Positions 26,149-35,719 of a stretch of 64,000 nt of DNA are shown one piece after another. The stretch spans positions 113,546 to 177,545 of the forward strand of contig JBBTRR010000001.1 of assembly GCA_038065095.1 (NCBI GenBank). Reading direction: 5' to 3'. Source of the stretch: Patescibacteria group bacterium (GTDB taxonomy: Bacteria > Patescibacteriota > Minisyncoccia > JACQLN01). The notes beneath the pieces are model-generated. The model made no database searches, was not told the origin of the DNA, and was given only the letters and a program-made list of their open reading frames with translations. Position 1 is the first letter of the stretch. Each line of letters starts with the position of its first letter. Made by a program: the position numbers and the translations under genes.

Positions 26149-28545
26149 ATGAAAAAACCACGGGTTTTAATTTTTTCTTTGGCTTATTTCCCCTTAGTGG
26201 GAGGAGCCGAAATAGCCGTCAAAGAGATTACAGATCGCTTAGCTTCTCCGACGTCTGTCAGCCCCGACGTTACATCGGGGGAGCTCGGAGCCCCGACCCA
26301 TTCTGGCGTCGGGGTTGATTTTGATTTAGTAACTTTACGGTTTAATAAAAAACATTTACCAAAAGAAAAAATAGGTAATATAAATGTTTTTAGAGTTAAA
26401 GGAAGTAAATTATTTTTTCCTCTAAAATCATTATTTTTAGCTAGGAAATTACATAAACAAAATAATTATAAAGTAGTTTGGTCTATTATGACGGCTTACG
26501 CTGGTTTTGGTGTCTTATTTTTTAAGATATTAAATCCAAAAGTTAAGTTTTTATTGACACTTCAAGAAGGTGATTCAGAAAAACATATATTAAAACGTGT
26601 CGGAATATTTTATCCATTATGGAAGTATATATTTAAAAAAGCTGATTACATTCAAGTTATAAGTAATTATTTAGCCGATTTCGCCAAAAAATACGGAGCA
26701 AAATGCCCTATAGAAGTTGTGCCAAACGGGGTCAACTTAGACAAATTTAAAACCCCCTACTTCGCTAAAGCTACGCAGGGCAAGCAAAATTCAAATACCA
26801 AAACTATCATTACTACGTCTAGGTTGGTTTATAAGAATGGGGTGGATATTCTTATCAGATCAATGGCCATGCTAAAAGCTAAAAGTCCCGATAGCAAAGC
26901 TATCGAGGATCCTCGACAAGGTCGGGACTATAAACTAATTATTGTTGGTGATGGTCCAGATAGATCAAAATTAGAACAATTAACTAAGGATTTATCAGTT
27001 GATGATATAGTGCAATTTGTCGGACATGTTGATCCCAATGAAATTCCAAATTATTTATATAAAGCCGATGTTTTTGTACGGGCTTCTCGTTCAGAAGGTT
27101 TAGGTAATTCTTTTTTAGAAGCTATGGCGGCGGGTTTGCCGGTTATAGGAACTTCAGTAGGTGGAATAGTTGATTTTTTAAAAGACGGGGAAACAGGTTT
27201 TTTGGTTGAACCAGAAAATATAGAAAGTTTAACTAATAAAATAGATTGGGTTTTAAGTAATCAAGATATTTCAAAAGAAGTTGCTTTAAATGGTAAAAAT
27301 CTAATTTTTAAAAATTATTCTTGGGATGGTATATCCGAAAAAATTGGAAAAATTTTTAAAAAAAATATTGTAAATATAAGATTACTTTTAGCTACAGGTA
27401 TATATCCTCCAGATATTGGCGGGCCAGCAACATATGCCAAACTGTTAGTAGATGAATTACCTAAGAGGGGAGTTTCTATTGATGTTGTTTTTTACGGTGA
27501 TAAAGGTGTTTCAAGATCAATTCCAAAAGGAATTAGGCACATAGTTTTCTTTTTTAAATGCTTTTTTAAAGCAATTAAAAGTGATGTTGTTTTGGTTCAG
27601 GATACTATAAGCGCTGGTTTGCCGGCACTACTAGCCTCTAGATTGGCTCGTAGGAGGTTTTTAATACGCGTACCAGGGGATTACGTTTGGGAACAGTCCG
27701 TTCAACGTTTTGGGGTTAAGGACTCAATAGATGATTTTCAAAATAAAAAATATGGTTTTAAGGTGGAGTTCTTAAGAAGTATCCAAAAGTTTGTAGTTAG
27801 TAATGCTGATGTTGTTATAACACCAAGTAATTATTTTAAAGATCTAGTCAAAACTTGGGTCAAAGATAAGAATAAAGTTATTACTATATATAATGGAATA
27901 GATATAGCGACAAGCGACAAGCGACAAGCGACAAGAAATTCTAAAACAATTGTCTCGGTTGGTAGGCTAGTACCGTGGAAAGGTTTTGATATGGTTATAG
28001 AAATGATGATAGATTTACCCGATTGGAAACTTGTTATAATTGGAGATGGGCCAGAGTATAATAATCTCAAATCTCAAATTTCCCTACTTCGCCCACCCTC
28101 CGCTCAAGGCTACGACGTGGCACAGCAAGGCTCCGAAGGGCAAGCAAATTACCCCTCAATAAAACTCGGGGCAGGCAAATTACAAGATCGAGTTATACTC
28201 ACAGGTGCAATTTTGAGAGAAAAAGTTTTGGAATATCTGGCTAATTCAGAAGTATTTGTTTTAAATACTTCGTTTGAAAGTTTTTCATACCAAATAGTTG
28301 AGGCTATGGCTATGGGTATTCCCGTGGTTACTACAAACATAGGTAATATTTCGGAGATAGTTAGAGATGGAATTGATGGAGTTTTGGTTGAGCCTAACGA
28401 TAAAGATGGCTATATAAATGTTATTAAAAAAATTAATAATAATTTTGAGTTTAGAAATAGTTTAATAAAAAGTGCTATAGAAAGATCTAAGGATTTTTCT
28501 ATAGAAAGAACTTTAAATAGCTTAGTATTAGTTTTAAAAAGATGA
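26149..28545 (+). CDS. Tandem (two-domain) GT4 glycosyltransferase carrying in-frame palindromic insertions
   Basis: Two GT-B units: GGAE...SEGLGNSFLEAMAAG and PPDIGGPA...FESFSYQIVEAMAMG. Likely start ATG 26149. Confidence 0.92.
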   Translation: MKKPRVLIFSLAYFPLVGGAEIAVKEITDRLASPTSVSPDVTSGELGAPTHSGVGVDFDLVTLRFNKKHLPKEKIGNINVFRVKGSKLFFPLKSLFLARKLHKQNNYKVVWSIMTAYAGFGVLFFKILNPKVKFLLTLQEGDSEKHILKRVGIFYPLWKYIFKKADYIQVISNYLADFAKKYGAKCPIEVVPNGVNLDKFKTPYFAKATQGKQNSNTKTIITTSRLVYKNGVDILIRSMAMLKAKSPDSKAIEDPRQGRDYKLIIVGDGPDRSKLEQLTKDLSVDDIVQFVGHVDPNEIPNYLYKADVFVRASRSEGLGNSFLEAMAAGLPVIGTSVGGIVDFLKDGETGFLVEPENIESLTNKIDWVLSNQDISKEVALNGKNLIFKNYSWDGISEKIGKIFKKNIVNIRLLLATGIYPPDIGGPATYAKLLVDELPKRGVSIDVVFYGDKGVSRSIPKGIRHIVFFFKCFFKAIKSDVVLVQDTISAGLPALLASRLARRRFLIRVPGDYVWEQSVQRFGVKDSIDDFQNKKYGFKVEFLRSIQKFVVSNADVVITPSNYFKDLVKTWVKDKNKVITIYNGIDIATSDKRQATRNSKTIVSVGRLVPWKGFDMVIEMMIDLPDWKLVIIGDGPEYNNLKSQISLLRPPSAQGYDVAQQGSEGQANYPSIKLGAGKLQDRVILTGAILREKVLEYLANSEVFVLNTSFESFSYQIVEAMAMGIPVVTTNIGNISEIVRDGIDGVLVEPNDKDGYINVIKKINNNFEFRNSLIKSAIERSKDFSIERTLNSLVLVLKR

Positions 28546-29183
28546 ATTTACAAGTAAAAAAAGAACATTATTTTAGGAAAAAATATAATAGTTTAAATAG
28601 GTTTATTTCTTATTTTTATCAAATAGATTTGGTTACTAGCTTGACTGCGTCCCAAGAATCAAAGATTTTAGAAGTTGGTATTGGCAATGCTTTTGTTTCC
28701 GACTATTTAAAAAAGATTGGCTACCACGTTACAACTTGTGATTTTGATGAAAGATTAAAACCAGACATTGTGGCAGATATTAGAGAGCTAGCCATAATGG
28801 ATAGGGATTTTGATATAGTTACTGCGTTTGAGGTTTTAGAGCATATTCCTTTTGAGGACTTTGATAAAACACTTAAAAAACTAAAAGAGGTTAGCTCTAA
28901 GTTTGTGGTTATTTCTTTGCCGTATCGATCAACTTCTATAGAATTTATATTAAAAATACCCTTTGGCCGCACTTTTTTTAATAGGGATTTTTTGGTGTTT
29001 TTCCTAAGATTTCCTTGGTTTTTTAAGGGTTTTTCAAGTTCGGGTCAACATTATTGGGAGATAGATGGTTATAAATATAGGTTGGGTAAGGTATTAAAAA
29101 TTTTAAAAAATAATTTTAAATCCGTTAAAAAAATCCGCCCAGTTTTGGATAGTTATCAGCTATTTTTTATTCTAGAAAGATGA
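28542..29183 (+). CDS. Class I SAM-dependent methyltransferase
   Basis: ILEVGIG, AFEVLEHI, HYWEI. Confidence 0.85.
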   Translation: MNLQVKKEHYFRKKYNSLNRFISYFYQIDLVTSLTASQESKILEVGIGNAFVSDYLKKIGYHVTTCDFDERLKPDIVADIRELAIMDRDFDIVTAFEVLEHIPFEDFDKTLKKLKEVSSKFVVISLPYRSTSIEFILKIPFGRTFFNRDFLVFFLRFPWFFKGFSSSGQHYWEIDGYKYRLGKVLKILKNNFKSVKKIRPVLDSYQLFFILER

Positions 29184-29332
29184 CCCCAGCCCAAAAATCC
29201 GTTCGAGTTATTACTATTAAATCGTATCACAGCGAGACGCCTACGGCTTTCTGTTTGTATCCAGAAATGCTTATTGCTAAATTTTATGCGGGGTCTATAT
29301 TTTTAGTCGCTCGCTAATGCTCACGAAAAAAT

Positions 29333-30427
29333 ATGAAAGTTTTAATGTTATCTACGGATGAGAATATTTTTAAAGAGGGTTCAGAAGTTTCCTCTCGGAT
29401 ATTAGACTACGGTAAGTTAGTAGAAGAATTACATGTAGTTGTAAAAAGTTCTCAAAAAATTAGCAAAATTGTGGGGAATGTTTTTTTATACTCCACGAAT
29501 AGTTTTGGTTTGTTTTATTTTAAAAAAGCTATAAATATTTCTAAAAAGATAGTAAGCCAAAGTGGTCGTTGGCTGATAACAGCTCAAGATCCTTTCGAAA
29601 CAGGTTTGGTTGGTTATTTAGTTAAAAGGAAATTTAATTTAACACTACAAATTCAAATTCATACAGATTTTTTAAGTTCATATTTTAAAAAAGAGTCTAT
29701 TAAAAATAAAATTAGAGTTTTTATCGCGAAAAAAATAATAAAAAAAGCTGATGGCATCAGGGTTGTTTCCGAACGAATAAAAATTTCCATAATTGTAAAT
29801 TGTAAATTAAAAATTGAAAATTCTGCGATAGCAGTGTTACCTATTTTTATAGATACCCAAAAAATAAAGAACAGTCCTATTAGTACGGATTTACACAAAA
29901 AATATCCAAATAAATTTATTATTCTTATGGCTTCTAGGCTAACCAAAGAAAAAAATATTGGGTTAGCAATAAAAGCTATGTTTGAAGTAGTCAAAACAAA
30001 TAGTCGGGCACTTCTTTTAATAGTTGGTCATGGTCCAGAATTCAATAATCTTAAGTTACAAGTTACAAGTTACAAGTTACAAGATTTTGTTGTTTTTGAA
30101 GATTGGTCTAATGATCTATCTTCATACTACAAAACTGCTGATTTATTTTTATTAACGTCCAATTATGAAGGTTATGGTATGACAATTATAGAGGCGTCTG
30201 CTGCTGGTCTGCCAGTTGTAATGACTGATGTTGGGGTTTCGGCTGGTATGGTGTCGGCTGTTGGTGATTATAAAGAAATTTCACGTAACATAGTTAATCT
30301 AATTGAAAATCCGAAAAATAAGGAGAGTGTATTAAAAAACCAAGAAAGTTTGCTTAATACATATAAAACGAAAGAAGATTACTTAGATCAATTAAAAGCT
30401 TTGTGGTCTTCTTGTTTATTTTCATAA
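29333..30427 (+). CDS. GT4 glycosyltransferase
   Basis: SRLTKEKN, YEGYGMTIIEA..AGLPVVMTDVG. Confidence 0.9.
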   Translation: MKVLMLSTDENIFKEGSEVSSRILDYGKLVEELHVVVKSSQKISKIVGNVFLYSTNSFGLFYFKKAINISKKIVSQSGRWLITAQDPFETGLVGYLVKRKFNLTLQIQIHTDFLSSYFKKESIKNKIRVFIAKKIIKKADGIRVVSERIKISIIVNCKLKIENSAIAVLPIFIDTQKIKNSPISTDLHKKYPNKFIILMASRLTKEKNIGLAIKAMFEVVKTNSRALLLIVGHGPEFNNLKLQVTSYKLQDFVVFEDWSNDLSSYYKTADLFLLTSNYEGYGMTIIEASAAGLPVVMTDVGVSAGMVSAVGDYKEISRNIVNLIENPKNKESVLKNQESLLNTYKTKEDYLDQLKALWSSCLFS

Positions 30428-30433
30428 AACTAA

Positions 30434-31483
30434 ATGAAAAATCTTTTATTCATAACTCAAAAAGTAGATAAAAATGATGATGTTTTAGGAGTGTATCATC
30501 GTTGGGCAGAAGAATTAGGAAAAAAGACAGATAAGCTCAATGTTATTTGTTTGTATAAAGGGCTGTGTGATTTAGATAAAAATATAGGCGTTTTTTCTTT
30601 GGGTAAAGAAGGTGGAATTAGCCGTATAAAATATATTTACAGATTTTATAAATATATTTTTTCAATAAGGAAAGAATATGATTCAGTTCTTGTCCATATG
30701 AATCCAGTATATATAATTCTAGGTGGAGTTTTTTGGAAAATTATGGGGAAGAAAATATTTTTATGGTACAACCATCCAATGGGTAATATGATGGCTAAAG
30801 TTGCAATATTATTTTCTAATAAGGTTTTTTGCACTTCGCCATACTCTTTTTCTGCAAAGTATAAAAAAACAGAACTTATGCCGGTGGGCATTGATACTTT
30901 TTTATTTAGATTTGACCCAAGTGTAGTTAAAAAAAACAACAGGATTTTATGTTTGGGGCGAATATCGCCCATAAAAAAAATAGAGGTTTTAATAGAGGCT
31001 GTTAAAATTTTAGATAATAAGAATATCGATTTTGAACTTTTAATTGTTGGTTCGCCAAGTTCAGATTTGGACAAGGCATATCTAGTTAGTTTAAAGGAAA
31101 TTTCTTCGGAACTGGTTTTAAAGAATAAAATAATTTTTAAACCATCAGTTCCAAATTATAAAGCTTTCGAAATATATAATTCAACTCGTATTTTTATTAA
31201 CCTAACTCCTACTGGCAGTTTTGATAAGGCCATTTTAGAAGCCATGGCTTGTGAAATTCCTGTACTTGTTTCAAATAAAACATTGCTATCTATTTTTCCT
31301 GAATCAATCAGAAATTTTTGTATTTTTAAAGAAAATGATTCACAAGAATTATCTAGAAAAATATTGGCTCTATTTTTATTAGATAACACAGGTGTTAGAG
31401 ATATTGGAAAGAAAAGTCGCGAGCTGGTTGTAGCAAATCACAGCCTAGATAGTTTAATGCAGAGTTTAATTAAGATTGTTTAA
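30434..31483 (+). CDS. GT4 glycosyltransferase
   Basis: GRISPIK, GSFDKAILEAMACEIP. Confidence 0.9.
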   Translation: MKNLLFITQKVDKNDDVLGVYHRWAEELGKKTDKLNVICLYKGLCDLDKNIGVFSLGKEGGISRIKYIYRFYKYIFSIRKEYDSVLVHMNPVYIILGGVFWKIMGKKIFLWYNHPMGNMMAKVAILFSNKVFCTSPYSFSAKYKKTELMPVGIDTFLFRFDPSVVKKNNRILCLGRISPIKKIEVLIEAVKILDNKNIDFELLIVGSPSSDLDKAYLVSLKEISSELVLKNKIIFKPSVPNYKAFEIYNSTRIFINLTPTGSFDKAILEAMACEIPVLVSNKTLLSIFPESIRNFCIFKENDSQELSRKILALFLLDNTGVRDIGKKSRELVVANHSLDSLMQSLIKIV

Positions 31484-31486
31484 AAA

Positions 31487-32887
31487 ATGCGCAATAAAAG
31501 TTTTGTAGGAAAACATGGCTCTTTGGGAGAGTTTCTTATAAAAGGTGAATCAGTTACACGTATGTGGGATTTAGTTGGTAGCGCTTTTAGTTTGATAAAC
31601 TCGTTTTTTATAATACAGGCTTTAAGCCTTTATCAATTCGGACTCTATCAGCTTGTTTTAGCTTTTATTGGACTCGTTAATAGTTTTAACCTTGATCTTT
31701 TTGATACGGTCGTTAATGTGGAAATACGCCGTTATTTTAATAGTGGAAAAATAGCTGTAGCTAAAAGAATTTTAAAAGAATATGCGGTTGTAAAAATCGT
31801 TGTAGCTATTCTTATGACCATTGGTGTTTTTTTGGGTGCAAATTTAGTTGCGCATTATTATGGATCAGATGTGGCTCAATTTATAAGAATTGCTAGTTTT
31901 ATTTTTTTAATTACTACTTTTCAGAATATAGAAATGATTGTTTTAAAAAATTCTTTTTCTATGATTTATTATAGTGCCGGAGGCATAAGGGAGGTGTTTA
32001 AGTTTTTTCTTTTATTTGGAGTTGTTTTTTATAGCTATCTAGATATATCTAAAATTTTAGTTATTCATATACTAGGTTTGCTTGGTTCTCTTGTTTTTAC
32101 CAGTTTTTTCTTTTGGCGTATTTATAGCAATCTTTGGTTAAAAGTTATTTCGGCTAAAGGTTTTTTCCTTAATGGTTTGGCTAAGGCCCATGGGAAATGG
32201 GTTTCGTTACGTTTCCTACTGGCTAAATTTTCTTCTGGCAACATAAATCCTTGGCTTATTAAATTTTTTATTAACACGGAAGCTGTAGCTATTTATTTTT
32301 TAGCCTATAACTTAGTAGCCTTTATTCAGGAATTTTTTCCAGTTAATGCTCTTTCATGGATATTTTTAATGAAGATAGATGATAAAAATGAGATGGGGTA
32401 TATTTTTAAACGCTCGGCTAAATATTTGTTTTGGTTTGGTGTTTTGGCAGGGTTATTTTCTTTAGCGGCTGTGCCATGGATTGTTAATATAATTTTCCCT
32501 AAATTCCATGACGCTTGGCCGATTTTTAAAGTTATGTTGGTGGTGTTTCCGATTTTTGGGGTCTACAAAATAATTAAAGAGGTTTTGAGTACTTTAAGAG
32601 AATATAAAACCCTGACATTGAGAATGCCAATAGAATCATTGGTAAACTTAATTTTCTTAGCGGTACTTTTGCCTTTATTTGGGCTTATGGGAGCGGCTAT
32701 AGCATATGTTGCCGTGTATGTAGCTAGAATTTTATTTTTTTATCCTGCCCTGATTCGTCTGCATCCAAATTTTAAAATAAAAACGAAAGATATTTTTAGT
32801 TTTAATGATGATGATATAATTTTTATCAAAAAAATATATCAAAAGTTTCTATCTACATTTCGCTCTTTTTTCTTAAGATATAGATAG
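31487..32887 (+). CDS. Oligosaccharide flippase (Wzx/MATE-like)
   Basis: 12-14 hydrophobic segments; L....FGLY and LP.FGLMGAAIA motifs; located in a glycan locus. Confidence 0.8.
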   Translation: MRNKSFVGKHGSLGEFLIKGESVTRMWDLVGSAFSLINSFFIIQALSLYQFGLYQLVLAFIGLVNSFNLDLFDTVVNVEIRRYFNSGKIAVAKRILKEYAVVKIVVAILMTIGVFLGANLVAHYYGSDVAQFIRIASFIFLITTFQNIEMIVLKNSFSMIYYSAGGIREVFKFFLLFGVVFYSYLDISKILVIHILGLLGSLVFTSFFFWRIYSNLWLKVISAKGFFLNGLAKAHGKWVSLRFLLAKFSSGNINPWLIKFFINTEAVAIYFLAYNLVAFIQEFFPVNALSWIFLMKIDDKNEMGYIFKRSAKYLFWFGVLAGLFSLAAVPWIVNIIFPKFHDAWPIFKVMLVVFPIFGVYKIIKEVLSTLREYKTLTLRMPIESLVNLIFLAVLLPLFGLMGAAIAYVAVYVARILFFYPALIRLHPNFKIKTKDIFSFNDDDIIFIKKIYQKFLSTFRSFFLRYR

Positions 32888-33608
32888 CATTGTAAGCCCA
32901 TCTTTTTTCTAGTTCTTTTTTTATTTTTATAGAAATTTTACCAGCAATGTCATATATTAATTTTCTTAGTTTGCCTTTTAAGTTATTACTAAAAACTTTA
33001 TCTCTGATATGATATTCTATGGCTATTACTTCAAAATATTTCAAAATAGCTTTTTTAATAATATTTTGAGTGAATATTACTAAATGGTTATTTGATTCTT
33101 TATAACTTCCAAAATCTCTCATATTAGTAAAATAGCTAATACTAGCCTTTGAAAGTATATTAGGAACAGAGAATATAAATAATCCATTTGGTTCCAATAC
33201 TCGATGTGTTTCTCGAACACAATGAAAGGGATTCTCTAAGTGAGGTAAAACACACCAAGCTGTTACCACTTTAAAAGAGTTATCTGGCCAAGGGGTTTTA
33301 TCAAAGCTTAAATCAGCGGTTTTAAATTCTTTTAAAAGAGGTTTGTTTTGAAGGGAAAGATAGTTATCTATATCAATACCGTAAACATTTTTATAGCCCT
33401 TTTTGTTGAGTTGTTGAGCAAAGTTGCCACTGGCTGGCCCAATATCGAGTATGTTACAATTTTTGTCCCAATTTGATTGTAATATATGGTTAGAGGTTAA
33501 GTTTAAAGCAAAGAAGTTGCGAAGATTTTTACCTATGTGATTCTGTAATTGTTTCTTTATTTCTTCTTTATTTTCAATTTTTATTTCGTGTGGATTAAAG
33601 TATTGCAT
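32853..33608 (-). CDS. SAM-dependent methyltransferase
   Basis: ILDIGPASG, WCVLPHLENP, RVLEPNG; paralogue of 34960..35718. Confidence 0.88.
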   Translation of the reverse strand: MQYFNPHEIKIENKEEIKKQLQNHIGKNLRNFFALNLTSNHILQSNWDKNCNILDIGPASGNFAQQLNKKGYKNVYGIDIDNYLSLQNKPLLKEFKTADLSFDKTPWPDNSFKVVTAWCVLPHLENPFHCVRETHRVLEPNGLFIFSVPNILSKASISYFTNMRDFGSYKESNNHLVIFTQNIIKKAILKYFEVIAIEYHIRDKVFSNNLKGKLRKLIYDIAGKISIKIKKELEKRWAYNAIYILRKKSEM

Positions 33609-33634
33609 AAAATGTATTAATAATTGTTTTTGAT

Positions 33635-34987
33635 ATGACTATATTTATTTCTTGTTTTTTTAATTTAGTTGCGAGAAATGTTTTACATACAAAGTTTTTT
33701 GAATATTTAAAAAAAACGAAGGGTTACAGGATTATTTTACTTGTGCCTAAAATTAATGCTGATGCTTTTAAAAAAGAATTTTCTAATACTAACATAATTA
33801 TAGAATCAGTTCATTTTTTGCCTATGTCTAAAATTAATTTGTTATTTCACTGGTTGTCCTGGAACCTGCTCAATACTAAAAGTAAAAAAATTCATAAAAT
33901 AGTCCAGTTTGGAAAAGATTCTAATAGGCTTATGTATATGTTTACATCCTTTTTGGGTTGGTTGGGGGGATACAAAATAATCAGAAAAATCTTTAGAAAG
34001 CTAGATTATTGGTTGGTGCCCAGGGGTATGTTTGACTACTTATTTAACAAATATAAACCCGATATGGTTTTGGCCACAGATATACAGGATTTAAGGGTTC
34101 AAGAGCTATGTGATACATCGTTGGTCAGAGAGGCTAAAAGAAGGGGTATCTACAGTATGGGTATGGGTAGGTCTTGGGATAGTATGACCACCAAAGGCCT
34201 GTTAAGAACATTGCCAACTAAACTGGTTGTGCAGAGTGTTTCTATTAAGGATCAGGCTGTAAGGTATCACAGCGTTGACTCTGAACAGATTGTTGTAACT
34301 GGTACTTTGCATTACGATAAATATGTTTTAGATGAACGCACGTCTAGAGAAACTTTTTTTAGAGAACTAGGTTTTGACCCATCTAAAAAACTAATTCTTC
34401 TTACCATCCCTAGTGATATTTGGACAGGCAACGCTTCTCTTAGCCATTATTTGCTTAATATATTTTCTCAATTGAACGATCAAATAATTGTTCGTTTTCC
34501 ATTATTTGGTAAAGTTGATATTGGAGATTTTAAACCAGCTCAAACGATGGTTTTTGATAATCCATATAATTCTGATCGTTTGGAAGAATCTCGTTTAAGT
34601 ATAAGCGACGATGATCATTTGGCCGACTTAATATATCATAGTGATGTTGTTGTGACTGGCCCGTCGAGTATAATATTAGATGCGTCAATTTTTAATAAGC
34701 CGATAGTTTTGATAGGTTTTGATGGTGAAGAAGCTAGGCCATATGGGCAGAGTATGGCCAGATATTATGATTATGAACATCAACAATTAGCTATTTTATC
34801 GGGTGGAATGAAAGTAGCTAAAGATAGAGATCAATTAATAAATCTAGTTTTAGAATACCTAGCAAATCCAGATTTAGATAATAAAGGTCGTCGGCAAGTA
34901 GCAGAAAATATTTGTTTCAAACTAGATGGCCAATCGGGTTTGCGATTGGCTCAATTAATATGGAATACCTTAACCCCGAAGAAATAA
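33635..34987 (+). CDS. GT-B protein, CDP-glycerol glycerophosphotransferase (TagF)-like; paralogue 1 of 4
   Basis: RSWD motif, TG..HYD, SSI.LDA..FNKP, C-terminal DGQSG.R. Confidence 0.65.
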   Translation: MTIFISCFFNLVARNVLHTKFFEYLKKTKGYRIILLVPKINADAFKKEFSNTNIIIESVHFLPMSKINLLFHWLSWNLLNTKSKKIHKIVQFGKDSNRLMYMFTSFLGWLGGYKIIRKIFRKLDYWLVPRGMFDYLFNKYKPDMVLATDIQDLRVQELCDTSLVREAKRRGIYSMGMGRSWDSMTTKGLLRTLPTKLVVQSVSIKDQAVRYHSVDSEQIVVTGTLHYDKYVLDERTSRETFFRELGFDPSKKLILLTIPSDIWTGNASLSHYLLNIFSQLNDQIIVRFPLFGKVDIGDFKPAQTMVFDNPYNSDRLEESRLSISDDDHLADLIYHSDVVVTGPSSIILDASIFNKPIVLIGFDGEEARPYGQSMARYYDYEHQQLAILSGGMKVAKDRDQLINLVLEYLANPDLDNKGRRQVAENICFKLDGQSGLRLAQLIWNTLTPKK

Positions 34988-35718
34988 TAACCTCTAGAAA
35001 AAACATAAAAGAAAAACTAAGTAAATTTGTTGGTCCGACGATAAGACACAAATCTGGTATTAAGTTTTTTTCTAAATATGCAGATATTTTTTTAGTTCAG
35101 TACAATCATTTAAAAGAAGATATTAAGGTTCTTGATTGTGGAGTTGCTGGTGGAGGTTTCGCAAAAGATCTTTATGAGGCCGGCTATAAAAACATCTACG
35201 GTGTTGATATTGATGACTATTTATCTCCAGACAATAGACCTCTTATTAAAGAATTTAAAACTGCCGATTTAAGTTTCGATAAGATTCCTTGGCCAGATAG
35301 TTATTTTAAGGTTGTTACAGCTTGGTGTGTTTTACCGCATTTGGAGAATCCACATAACTTTATTAGAGAAACTTACAGAGTTCTTGAGCCGGGTGGTTTA
35401 TATATAATTTCTTTAGTCAATATAATTTCTTGGCCCAATAGAAAATATTTTATGATTCATAAAGAATTTCCTTCTTATCACGCTAGTAATAATCATATTA
35501 CACTTTTTACTCCGGCAATTTTTAAAAAGACCATTTTAAAATATTTTGATTTAGTAGGTACAGAGTATTTTATAACTCCAAGAATTTTTTATGGATTTAA
35601 AGGTAATATCAGAAAATATGTACTAAATTTTTTGTATTTTTTAAATAATTCACTCGGAGAATTACTATATGCACGTTGGGGCGCTAAGATAGTTTATATT
35701 TTAAAAAAGAAGAACTAG
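34960..35718 (+). CDS. SAM-dependent methyltransferase
   Basis: VLDCGVAGG, WCVLPHLENP. Likely ATG at 34960, by analogy to its paralogue. Confidence 0.88.
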   Translation: MEYLNPEEIITSRKNIKEKLSKFVGPTIRHKSGIKFFSKYADIFLVQYNHLKEDIKVLDCGVAGGGFAKDLYEAGYKNIYGVDIDDYLSPDNRPLIKEFKTADLSFDKIPWPDSYFKVVTAWCVLPHLENPHNFIRETYRVLEPGGLYIISLVNIISWPNRKYFMIHKEFPSYHASNNHITLFTPAIFKKTILKYFDLVGTEYFITPRIFYGFKGNIRKYVLNFLYFLNNSLGELLYARWGAKIVYILKKKN

Positions 35719-35719
35719 C

